DNA of 64,000 nucleotides from Eledone cirrhosa (taxonomy: Eukaryota). The notes under the pieces are model-generated. The model was given only the letters and a program-made list of their open reading frames with translations, ran no database searches and was not told the DNA's origin. Location of the stretch: the NCBI GenBank assembly GCA_964016885.1, contig OZ024741.1, forward strand, positions 307,892,001 through 307,956,000, in the 5' to 3' direction. Below, in pieces: positions 1 to 11,505 of this stretch. Position numbers and translations under genes: made by a program. Position 1 is the stretch's first letter; every line of letters starts with the position of its first letter.

Positions 1-27
1 ACTGCCCTGATTACTGAAGAAATAATA

Positions 28-60
28 AGAAGCAGCAACAGCAGCAGCAGCAGCAGCAGC

Positions 61-146
<86 letters not shown>

Positions 147-300
147 AAACAACAACAACAACAACAGCAGCAGCAGCAGCAGCAACAACAACAGCAACAA
201 CAACAGCAACAACAACAACAGAAACAACAACAACAACAACAACAGCAGCAGCAGCAGCAGCAGCAGCAATAATGATGATGTTGATGATGATGTCGATGAT
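28..300. repeat. (CAA)n/(CAG)n trinucleotide microsatellite
   Basis: Visible caa/cag runs followed by gat runs. Confidence 0.95.
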
Positions 301-649
301 TTCTACTTTAGGCACAAGGGCAGCAGTAATTTTGGAGTAATGGAACTGTCGATTAAATCGACCCCAGTATTAAAAGTTAATTGAAGTCTCTGGGATTTGA
401 ACTCAGAACGTAAACCGCTGGAACAAATATGACGAGGCATGTTGTCTGGCACTCTACTGATTCTGCCAAATAAAAACAATAACACCAGAAGAACCATATC
501 CAAGTAACATAAAGAGTAGGACACAAATATGACAAACAACCAACAACCACAAACAATAGCAACAACATTAACCCTAGCAACGACAACATCCACTCTATCA
601 AGGAGACAATAATAACAACTAAGACAACAACATTAACCCTAGCAACAAC

Positions 650-1156
650 AACAATAACAACGACGACGACCGCCACCACCACCACCACCACCACCACCAC
701 CACAACGACGATGACGATGGTGACAACGACGACAACGACAACGACGACAACGGCAACAACAACAACGACGACGACGACGACAACAACAACAACAACGACA
801 ACAACAACGACAACAACAACAATGACGACAACGACAACAACAACAATGACGACAACGACGACGACGACGACGACAACAACAACAACGACGACGACGACAA
901 CAACAACGACGACGACGACGACGACAACAACAACGACGACGACGACGACGACAACAACAACGACGACGACGACGACAACAACAACAACGACGACGAGGAC
1001 GACGACAACAACAACAACGACGACGACGACGACGACAACAACAACGACGACGACGACGACGACAACAACAACAACGACGACGACGACAACAACAACGACG
1101 ACGACGACGACAACAACGACGACGACGACAACGACGACAACAACAACCAGAACGAC

Positions 1157-1188
<32 letters not shown>

Positions 1189-1259
1189 CGACAACAACAA
1201 CGACGACGACGACGACAACAACGACGACGACGACGACGACAACAACAACGATGATGACG

Positions 1260-1293
<34 letters not shown>

Positions 1294-1565
1294 CGACGAC
1301 GACAACAACGACGACAACAACAACAAAGATGATGACGACAACAACAACAACAACAACAACGACGATGACGACGACGACGACGACGACGACAACAACAACA
1401 ACAACGACGACGACAACAACAACGACGACGACGACGACGACGACAACAACAACGACGACGACGACGACAACAACGACGACGACGACGACGACAACAACAA
1501 CGATGATGACGACGACAACAACAACAACAACAACAACAACAACGACGACGACGACAACAACGACG

Positions 1566-1596
<31 letters not shown>

Positions 1597-1740
1597 CGAC
1601 GACGACAACAACAACAACGACGACGACGACAGCAACAACAACGACAACAACAACAACGACGACAACAACAACAACAACAACAACAACAACGACGACGACG
1701 ACAGCAACAACAACGACAACAACAACAACGACGACGACAC
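650..1740. repeat. Compound (CAA)n/(CGA)n microsatellite, ~1.1 kb
   Basis: Interleaved aca/acg triplets. It explains the poly-T/V/S/L ORFs at 377-1767. Confidence 0.95.
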
Positions 1741-2421
1741 TATAGCAAAGATTACAATAAGACACATTCAGAGAATGTCTACTATTTTACTACTTCTACC
1801 AGCCAACAAAATGTTAGCTCCATCCGAAACAAAACAAAGCACAGGCAATGGTGCGTGTAAAATGTGAAAATAAGTGTGACATGTGGCCGGGTATGCCCCC
1901 CTTGCCCTACTCTACCATATAGACACACTTTTCAGTGTATCTTTCTTCACCCCCAGTGTGCAGTGACAATACTGGAAATTTGGTGTGTGTGTGTGTGTGA
2001 AGGGAGGAGGGGTACATCATACTCACCCACCTCAACCTCACCTCAACGTGAAGCTCACAAGACACGAAAACAATACGATGTCTGTCATGTCACAAGTTGA
2101 GACGAGGACGTAGTAAAATAGTGACTAGCTGGATTGTTGGTTGGCTGATTGTGAACTGTGTGGCTGGTGGGTACTTGGTTGGTCGGCTGGTTTGTTGGGT
2201 GGCTGACTGGCTGACTGAATGGTGGGATGGCTGGTTGTCTGGCCGAGTGTCTGGGTGGCTAGCTGGCCGTTTGGTTGAAAACCGGTGATTTTGTTGGTAC
2301 AACCATAAAACAAACAACAGACCTACTGATTGATAGATGGGTAAATACATACATATATTTACGCCTAGATTCGTACATACACACGCATTTACACATGTAT
2401 ATATATATATATATATATATA

Positions 2422-2600
2422 TAATTGTTTCTACGTTAGGCACAAGGCCAGCAATTACCCAGTGCATTACTGGTACTTTATTTTATCGACCCCGTAAGGA
2501 TAAAGGGCAAAGTCAACCCCGGCGGGATTTGAACTCAGATCGTAAAGGGACGTAACTATGCTGGAAAGCATGGCGTCCGACCCTCTACCGATACTGCCAA
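2422..2600 (-). mobile_element. tRNA-derived SINE family 1 copy
   Basis: Reverse complement of the family consensus ggcagtatcggtagagggtcggacgccatgc...GAGTTCAAATCC (B box)...gcctttcatccttacggggtcgataaaataaagtaccag...ccttgtgcc...agaaacaattat. A diverged copy is at ~306-470. Confidence 0.9.
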
Positions 2601-2622
2601 TTTACACATGTATATACACATG

Positions 2623-2657
<35 letters not shown>

Positions 2658-2694
2658 ATGTATACGTATATATATATATATATATATATGTATA

Positions 2695-3163
2695 TTAGTT
2701 TTGCGAGGTTTTGATATGAAATCGTGTGTCGAAACAAATATTGTTATACTTGGGCAGGGTCATATTTGTGTAATAATATTGCCAGAATTAATAACAGAAC
2801 ACACTCACTGTTTGGTTGGTTTTCGCTTCTGTGTCTTTTATATCGGTTAATTTAATTTTTTCGGTCCTCAATGTTTACCATTGACTGACCAACGGTCCAA
2901 AATACAGATATAATATAGACACAAAGACATATATATAGTCTAACAAAGTTCTTTCGTTGCACATCTGCAACATCGTCAGTGGTGCTATTATGTTTCCTCC
3001 TGTTATATTGTATGCCTGTTGGTCAGTCAATGGTAACATTGAGGACCGAATAAATTAAATTAACCGATATAAAAGACACAGAAGCGAAAACCAACCAAAC
3101 AGTGAGTGTGTTCTGTTATTAATTCTGGCAATAATATTATACAAATATGACCCTCCTCAACCC
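2695..3163. mobile_element. Penelope-like family A terminal (pLTR) fragment in fold-back arrangement
   Basis: Matches the non-coding end of the PLE at 39436-41992. 3017-3163 is an inverted copy of ~2750-2895. HHR-like core on the minus strand at 2952-2979. Confidence 0.85.
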
Positions 3164-3330
3164 TATAACGCACCAAAGTACTCGATACTTAGGGTAGTAG
3201 AGTGGGTAATAGGAAAAGAGTCAGGACCCCGACGGCTGAACACCGGCCGTTTCGATAGCTAGTTCCGAACAGTTCGGATCTAGCTGTCGAAACGACTGGA
3301 GCTCAGCCGTCGGAGTTCTGACTCTTTTCC
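3164..3330. mobile_element. Asymmetric fold-back element (gaccccgacggcagagctc family)
   Basis: Palindromic ~55-bp arms plus a one-sided extension, abutting (TA)n. Eight copies in the window. Confidence 0.8.
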
Positions 3331-3341
3331 TATATATATAT

Positions 3342-3384
<43 letters not shown>

Positions 3385-3990
3385 CATATATAAATGAAAA
3401 TTGAGAAATTAATGTAAGCAAGAAGCCAACAGTAATTCAGACATATAAGTGACTATTACGTCAAGATGAAAAATATTTAACGTAAGATATGGGAAAATAA
3501 TTTAATCCCAATTCAAAACAAGTCAAGACCAGAAATTTTATCCACAGATTTTGTGTAATCCGGGGAAAAAAGCAATAGAATCTTAACTCAAAATAAAATT
3601 AAGAGTAAATACTTATCCGTCAATTTGGAAAAATCTGCAAATGCACTATATAGTCTTAAAAAGACTATTTCACGAACATTTTCAGTGGGGTTAGTCACGG
3701 TTGGAACCGTTCCTCAGTAGTGCTCAACGCGTTAACTAATTTTTCCACAGCTAAAATATGCCAGAGGGGAATTTAAAAGCAGGCTAGTCAAACCTCGTGT
3801 GGAATTGAATTAATAAACACACATGGAGACAGAGCTAGTGGCGTCAGAATGAGACGAATGTCTGTTTACAAGAAACAGCAGTCAAAACATTCCGAAAAAA
3901 AAACTCAACAAAAGATATGGAGTTCCGCATAAAGCAATATTATCGCGGTTTTTGAAAGTAGTAAAAGCCTGTATGTATATATATATATAT

Positions 3991-4180
3991 AGGAAAAAGT
4001 ATGACCCGACGGCAGAGCTCAAGCCGTTTCGACGGCTATTTCTGGTCCAGAAATAGCCGTCGAAACGGCTTGAGCTCTGCCGTCGGGTCATACTTTTTCC
4101 TACTTCCCACTCTACTACCCTAAGTATTGAGTACTCTGGTGCGTTATGGTCCATCTGGTTCCTTACCACAATTCCTTTGT

Positions 4181-4181
<1 letters not shown>
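3991..4181. mobile_element. Asymmetric fold-back element copy
   Basis: aggaaaaagtatgacccgacggcagagctcaagccgtttcgacggctatttctgg|t|ccagaaatagccgtcgaaacgg...ctttttcct, then an extension. (TA)n on both sides. Confidence 0.85.
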
Positions 4182-4228
<47 letters not shown>

Positions 4229-4624
4229 CATATATATATAATACACGCTTTTACTACTTTTTCAAGCATTATACTGCGGCCATGCTTGGGCATCATATAT
4301 TGACTTCTAATGTGGCGATATTAGTAGCCCACAAAACGGGATGAACTCAATAATTATAAATTATTATATAGGCTGATTCATTCATTTTTCTTACAACCTA
4401 GCTACAGAGTTTCAACAAACCATATATTTTCTAAGTTTCATCAGAGAAATATTCAGGTGATCTGGCTTCTGTCAATATACATTGATTAGATAAAAGAGAG
4501 GGAAAGGAGGGAAACAAGGTATAGGGAATTGCTATTGTTATTTGAAAAATTCTGTCTCAAAATAATTAAAATAAGGGCTTTCACTATATATTCACGTTAT
4601 TGTTGTTGATGTTGTTATAAATAT

Positions 4625-4830
4625 GATTTCTACTCTAGGCACAAGGAAAAGCAATTTGGACGGGAGGGGAAAGTCGATTAAGTTGATCCCAGTGCATTAC
4701 TGGTACTCTATTTTATCGACCCCGTAAGGATGAAAGGCAAACCTAAGCTCGGCGTGATTTGAACTCAGAATGTAAAGGGCCATAAATCTATGCTGCAAAG
4801 CATGGCGTCTGACGCTTTACCATAATAGCA
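4625..4830 (-). mobile_element. SINE family 1 copy
   Basis: ttttatcgaccccgtaaggatgaaaggc...gatttgaactcag motif. Confidence 0.85.
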
Positions 4831-4910
4831 ATTATTAGTATTTCTTCTATTTACTCAGCATTTAGTTGCTATTATTTGGATCGTTAGATATCAAGCTGTC
4901 TCCTGCAGCC

Positions 4911-6000
4911 TTATGTATCAAGTACCGTTCTTGCTTTGCCAAGAAAACAAGCTTTCTGTAAAATCAAGAAATTGACTTCTATATCTAACATATTCAACCA
5001 GTCTTTTAATCTTTTTGCTACTGTCCCTAAGACTCCTATTATTCTTGTTATATAAAATTCAGGTCAACCATGACTATTAAACGGTTGACTCGCTTCACTA
5101 CTTTCGTAAACTATACAGGCTTTTATTTTTCTCACTTCTAACGGCAGTGGGATAAGGCCAAATAAGGGTAACAAGATATCCCCTTGGAACCCCCCCCCCC
5201 AATCTATTTTTACTCATCCAAGGGAGTTTCCCCTCTGCTGTTAGTTCTGTTTCATCATCATGCATACTTTTATCAGTTTAGTAATTCTGAACATCTTGAA
5301 TGTCTTCAAAATTTAAGAGTATAGAACCATATCATATGCTTTCAGGCAATTGTTCCTGCCTAATGATAAACCTATTATCATCATGTCAATTAACAGTTAG
5401 TCGTTTTTCACACCATGGATTTCTCCGACACCCATTCGGGTATATGTTTTGTTCCTCTAGGTGTGCATACATACTTGTTAACAGTTTTCATAGAAAAAAG
5501 GAAAGCAAGTTAATGGCCTGTAGTTTGAGATAACGTCTCCTTTCTGTTTATCTGTCATGGTTATTTTGCTTTTATTCGTTCAATTCGGGATACTTCCGCT
5601 CCAGAGGATTACATTTAATAAGATTGTCAGGTCATTTCTCCGTGTTTTAGCGTTTTGAAGCAAGAACTCTTAAAAACTGTCAAGTCCGGATGTCTTCCAA
5701 TTGAGTAGACGTGCAATGAGCTCCGAATAGATTATTATATCAATTAATTGTTTCAAGTCTTTTTCTACTTCTATCAACTCCACCTCCTTGTGGCTAATTT
5801 TCTTGCTCCACATATCGCTTCAAAATTCTTTGCTTCTCTCTGCTTTAAGTAATTTATTGTCGTGTCACTCAACTTCACTCAATTTATCAAACAATCTTTT
5901 CTGGTTATTTTGAAATAACCTGCTCTATTGGAACGGATTTGTTCTACTCTCGTTTGTTTCCTAGCAGTTTTTGCTGTCACTCTTCAATTATAACATCCAT
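4911..6000 (-). pseudogene. Decayed RLE-type non-LTR retrotransposon (R4/Dong-like), RT and C-terminal fragments
   Basis: Manual minus-strand translation: 5049-4911 gives ITRIIGVLGTVAKRLKDWLNMLDIEVNFLILQKACFLGKARTVLDT* (RLE C-terminus pattern IGALGT...LQK..LLGTAR). Upstream patches read NWKTSGLD, SNYRPLTCFP and KAYDMV. Many frameshifts and an internal deletion. Confidence 0.75.
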
Positions 6001-7882
6001 TCCTCCTCTTATTCTTATGTTGTCAGGAATTTTCCTAACCCTTATGAATAAGCAGTTCTAATAGACAATAGATAACATAGGATCATTCAGTTGCATCAAC
6101 ATTTTCGCCGCTTCTATAACAAGTGATATTAGCCGATAAATTTCCAATAGGAATGTGCAAAACACTGTAATTTAACATAATTAAAGCAAACCTCCCAATA
6201 GTATGTGTTTTCATAAAGCCTTAGTTTTAAAAGGCTCTATATGCCTGGAATTTTCAGACACCGAGGAAGATGACTTAATAATTCGCTGTCCGAATATATC
6301 GAATATATAATTTTAAAATCATATTGTCAATTTTAAGAACAATTGGCTTGTCATAGAGAAGTGGACGGTTCGAGAAAATACGATCTTTGTCTCTCGGAAA
6401 AGCAGTACACCGTTGGAAATTGTGAACAAAATTGGTGAGTTTTTACGGAGGCTCTTCTATTGTTATTTATTGAGAAATTTCTAATTACTAATTCGCAATA
6501 CAATTCTATTCCCTACGTAATGGATTTGCCAGAAAGATCTTCCTATATTTGAAAACAAAAAAAAACATTAATCTCTACATCAAAATTAAATCATTCACAA
6601 CAAGTGTCACCCTTCTTGTTCACGCATGGTTTTGCACATAGTTTTGAAAAGAATGACAATATTTGCAACTGGATGGATGAAAATACCTCTCTCTGTACAC
6701 AGTAATTAAAAAGTGAGCATGTGACACCTTTTAAATGCTTCTATGCCTATTTCCAAAACCAACCAAATCTCTATATACTGATAGTAGTTTGCTCTGTATG
6801 GGAATATTTTGTTTATATGTTGTCAGGCATCTAAACAATCAGAAACGTGAATCTTAGAGGAAATCTCATACAATATACACTCTATTTTAAATATTTAGTA
6901 CATTTTTCGATCATTTTTATACAGACATGTTTGCCAGTCCATATGCTTATACTTAATATACACACAGAGACAGACACACACACACATATATATATATATA
7001 AATGTAATATGAGTTTTTCGAATATTAATAATAACATTAGATTCGTTTGCAATTTTGCAAACAAGCCTCAATTTTATAGCCATGTCAGTAGAATGAACAC
7101 TTCATTCTTGCTCTTGTGTTAGCATGCGTACAGAACTGCAGACACTAATGTTTCTGGGTATCACCCTTCGTCAGTACAGCTCACTGTTCACCTGCCAAAC
7201 TGTCAGAGCTAGTGAAAATATATGCTATTTTCAAAAATACACAGTGACTGATTGGTCTGATTTGCATATTAGCAGGCTGGCTGATCAGTCAGATCTGCAT
7301 ATTAGCAGATCCACTGATCAGCCATATTTGCATATCAGCAGACTGGCCAGTCTGCTGTTTCCCGCCGAGGTTAACTTTACCTTTCATCCTTACGGGGTCG
7401 ATAAAATAAAGTACCAGTAATGCTCTGGGATAATTGTTGGCCTTGTGCTAAAAGTAGAAACAATCATTAATATTCGAAAAACTCAGATTACATTTATTGT
7501 ATTCAGCCATGTAGAGCGAAATTATCTTATATATATATTTTTTCATTCGCAGCAGATTTATTATCGAAATGAAAAGCACGGCATCTGAGTCTTCTTATAA
7601 ATGAGTCCGATTTTTCTATAAGTTGTTTTAGAAAGTCCTTATTCTTAGGTAAAGGTATATCTTTTAGAGAAGAAGAGATCCTAAAGAATTCCATTTTTAA
7701 TCAGTTATAATTTAAAGCGCTCGACAATAAAGGAGCAAAATATATGCAGAGGTTATATTTAATTTGTTGGGATTCAACAAGCTTAAACATTTTTATAACT
7801 GATATAAAGCACTCAACAAGTTAGTGGAGTAAATACACAATATATTAATAAATGGAAACTATATTTATAAAACCATATTTAT

Positions 7883-7942
7883 TTTATTATACATATTTCA
7901 AGGGCAACCAAGGCAAATTATGGTGCGCTTTCATCAGATAAA
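7883..7942 (-). ncRNA. Type I hammerhead ribozyme (family F)
   Basis: Reverse complement of the 10096-10155 motif. tcatcag at 7931-7937. Confidence 0.8.
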
Positions 7943-8598
7943 ATACAGATTTGTTTTATAAATAAATATTGACATACCCGGAAAAAAGACAACCTTAACG
8001 GTTGGAGCTTCCTGGATAGTGGAGATAGTACATTTATTGAGGGTAATACAAAGTTATGAGTGAGTATGCAAATGAGTGTCCGAAAGGTTGGAAAGATAAC
8101 GGTTTATTTAAATTAAACTGTTGGAAGAAGATGATATGTAAGGGAGAGAGAAAAAAAAGAAAAAAAGAAAAAAAGAAAAAAGAAAAAAGAAAGGAGAAAG
8201 ATAGAAGAGGAAAGAAAGAACGATTATATGTATTGATAGTGAAGATAGAGTGAATGAAGAAATAAGTTTCAAATGAGAAATATACACAGTGTAAATATAT
8301 CTAAGTGAAAGAAGAAATAAGATTAACGTGGAAGAATAATATTTATAATGCAGGGTTCATTACGTTTTGATTATAATACTTATAATAGGTTGAAGAATTA
8401 GATTAAAATTAAAAAATAGAAATCAAAATTAAAGATTAACATTTGCCTTAATATTAAAGATTTTATTTAATAATTTAATATTAATAATTAGTTTAAATGT
8501 GTATGTTAAGGATTATAAATTTTTTAAATAAATATATAGTATTTTACATTAGAGAAAATCTAGTATAGTTTATTTTATTAAAAGTTGTAAGTCAAAAT

Positions 8599-8835
8599 TT
8601 AAACATTATTGTTAAGTATGCTAAGGTCCGATTTAGATGGTGCAATCAATCTAACTGGTAATTCAATTTCAAAATTTCTTTTATGGTCCTTCAAATTAAT
8701 TTTTGGTTTCCTAGGTATGAAGGGTTGAGTCCTATTTTCGATGCCTAATTCCTGCATTATATAAGAAGCTTCAGTATTTAGTTTTTCAAGGTCATCATTG
8801 GTTGCTCTTTTGTAATTCTTCCTTAATTCCTTCAA
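8599..8835 (-). pseudogene. PLE reverse transcriptase N-terminal remnant
   Basis: INLKDHKRNFEIELPVRLIAPSKSDL resembles the PLE motif LKDHK.NF...P..RLINP.KS. Truncated at the arm junction. Confidence 0.7.
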
Positions 8836-9530
8836 TATATATTTTTTATATCTTCAAACGTGTTTAATATATATATCCAAATGTTTATATATATCTGGAA
8901 AAACATATGATTTTTATATATAGGTGTTTTATATATATGTGGAATAACCTATGGTTTATGCTTTAAATATATTCTTAAGATAAATTTTTTTTTAATTTTT
9001 AAACTTTATAGCAAGTAAATTTATGACTTCGAATAAAATAACATATGGTTCATGTTTTAATTATATTCTTAAGATAAAAAATTTTAAACTTTTTAACTTT
9101 ATAACATTTAATCCTTGGAGTCATCTGAGATCTTAAAAAATCACTTCTAACTTCCTTTACACTTCCTTACTGTTTTTATAATATAATTAAGTGGTTATTC
9201 CTTTGTCAACTCTCGTAAATTTTTCATAAATTTCGAATTATTTGGATGTTTAAATTTTGACTTACAACTTTTAATAAAATTAAACTATACTAGATTTTCT
9301 CTAATGTAAAATACTATATATTTATTTAAAAAATTTATGATCTTTAACATTCACATTTAAACTAATTATTAATATTAAATTATTAAATTAAATCTTTAAT
9401 ATTAAGGCAAATTTTAATCTTTAATTTTGATTTCTAATTTTTAATTTTAATCTAATTCTTCAACCTATCATTATAAGTATTGTAATCAAAACGTAATGAA
9501 CCCTGCATTATAAATATTATTATTCTACGT

Positions 9531-9712
9531 TGGATTGGCAGTATCGGTAGAGGGTCGGACGCCATGCTTTCCAGCATAGTTACGTCCCTTTACGGTCTGA
9601 GTTCAAACCCCGCCGAGGTTGACTTTGCCTTTCATCCTTACGGGGTCGATAAAATAAAGTACCAGTAATGTACTGGGTAATTGCTGGCCTTGTGCCAAAA
9701 GTAGAAACAATT
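9531..9712 (+). mobile_element. SINE family 1 copy with ~16-bp target-site duplication
   Basis: attattattctacgtt on both sides (~9516-9531 and ~9710-9725). Absent from the mirror arm at ~8325-8340. Confidence 0.92.
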
Positions 9713-10095
9713 ATTATTCTACGTTAATCTTATTTCTTCTTTCACTTAGATATACTTACGCTGTGTATATTTCTCCTTTGAAACTTATTTCTCCATGCAC
9801 TCTATCTTCACTATCAATATGTATAATCGTTCTTTCTTTCCTCTTCTATCTTTCTCCTTTCTTTTTTCTTTTTTTTTTCTTTTTTTCTCTCTTCCTTACA
9901 TATCATCCTCTTTACAACAGTTTAATTTAAATAAACCGTTATCTTTCCAACCTTTCGGACACTCATTTGCATACTCACTCATAACTTTGTATTACCCTCA
10001 ATAAATGTACTATCTCCACTATCCAGGAAGCTCCAACCGTTAAGGTTGTCTTTTTTCCGGGTATGTCAATATTTATTTATAAAACAAATCTGTAT

Positions 10096-10155
10096 TTTAT
10101 CTGATGAAAGCGCACCATAATTTGCCTTGGTTGCCCTTGAAATATGTATAATAAA
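10096..10155 (+). ncRNA. Type I hammerhead ribozyme (family F)
   Basis: TTTAT-CTGATGA-aagcgcacca..tggttgccctt-GAAA-tatgta-TA-ATAAA. Stem I is TTTAT/ATAAA and the triplet is AUA. Confidence 0.8.
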
Positions 10156-10265
10156 CTAAATATGGTTTTATAAATATAGTTTCCATTTATTAATATATTG
10201 TGTATTAACTTGTTGAGTGCTTTATATCAGTTATAAAAATATTTAAGCTTGTTGAATCCCAACAA

Positions 10266-10569
<304 letters not shown>

Positions 10570-10807
10570 AGAAAGACTCGAAGTCAGTGCTGCAGCATAT
10601 GTACAAACTTTATTTGCATATTACAATTGTTTCGATATCGATCAGCTCAAGATACAATCAAGGTGACAGAGTCATAAAACTGGTACATATGCTGCAACAC
10701 TGACTTCGAGTCTTTTAAATCTATTTACACTCTGCACACTACAGCTGTAACACTGTAATAAAACCCAAAGGAAGCGGCCCTTGTAACAGCATCGAGTGCT
10801 TCAATCA

Positions 10808-10942
10808 AGGTACTCATTTTCAGCTGAGTATACTGGAGCAACGTGAAATGAAGTGTTTTGCTCAAGGACATAACCCAGGAATCGAGCCCACGACGTTATG
10901 ATCGAAAGTCCAACGCCCTTACCACTAGGCCACGTGCCTCCA
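10808..10942 (-). mobile_element. tRNA-derived CORE-like SINE (family 2)
   Basis: Minus strand has A box gtggcctagtggtaagg and B box ggctcgattcc, then ccttgagcaaaacact (CORE-like). Related decayed copies at ~36340-36470 and ~38615-38730. Confidence 0.75.
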
Positions 10943-10965
10943 CACATACACACACACATACACAT

Positions 10966-11080
<115 letters not shown>

Positions 11081-11082
11081 CA

Positions 11083-11500
11083 CAGTAGTATGTATATATA
11101 TACATACATGCACACATTTAAGTATGGATTTACCGAACATTTATTATAATGCTCGGTTTGTTTGTAAACAAACATCCCGAATTAAGCCGTACAGTGTTTA
11201 GCAAACATCATTGCCCTTTTGTTCAACACTGACAAAGGAACGATGTACTAGTTTCAAGCTTATTAGCTACCGTACTAAGAGTGAGAAATGAAATTTCGTT
11301 TCATTTTTTTCGTTTATCGTTTTCGGTACGCCCGGTCGATTAACTCACTCGATATGCAAATTAGGCTGCTCAGCCGTTAATATGCATAAGGAAATTATAT
11401 GCTTTCAGACGTTCAATCACCTGGCAGGAAGGCATACGGTGCTGACGATAGCTAATAAGCTTGAAACTAGTAATGAAATTTCGTTTCATTTTTTCCGTTT
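11083..11500. mobile_element. HHR-bearing non-coding element, family H (rearranged)
   Basis: Homologous to 51674-52140. HHR core CTGACGA at 11442 (+), and the 3' half of an HHR on the minus strand at ~11240-11269. Confidence 0.75.
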
Positions 11501-11505
11501 ATATA

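Noticed and set aside
377-1767. Long poly-Thr/Val/Ser-Leu ORFs (mucin-like)
   Set aside because: Pure CAA/CGA microsatellite that is open in several frames, with no unique coding flanks.
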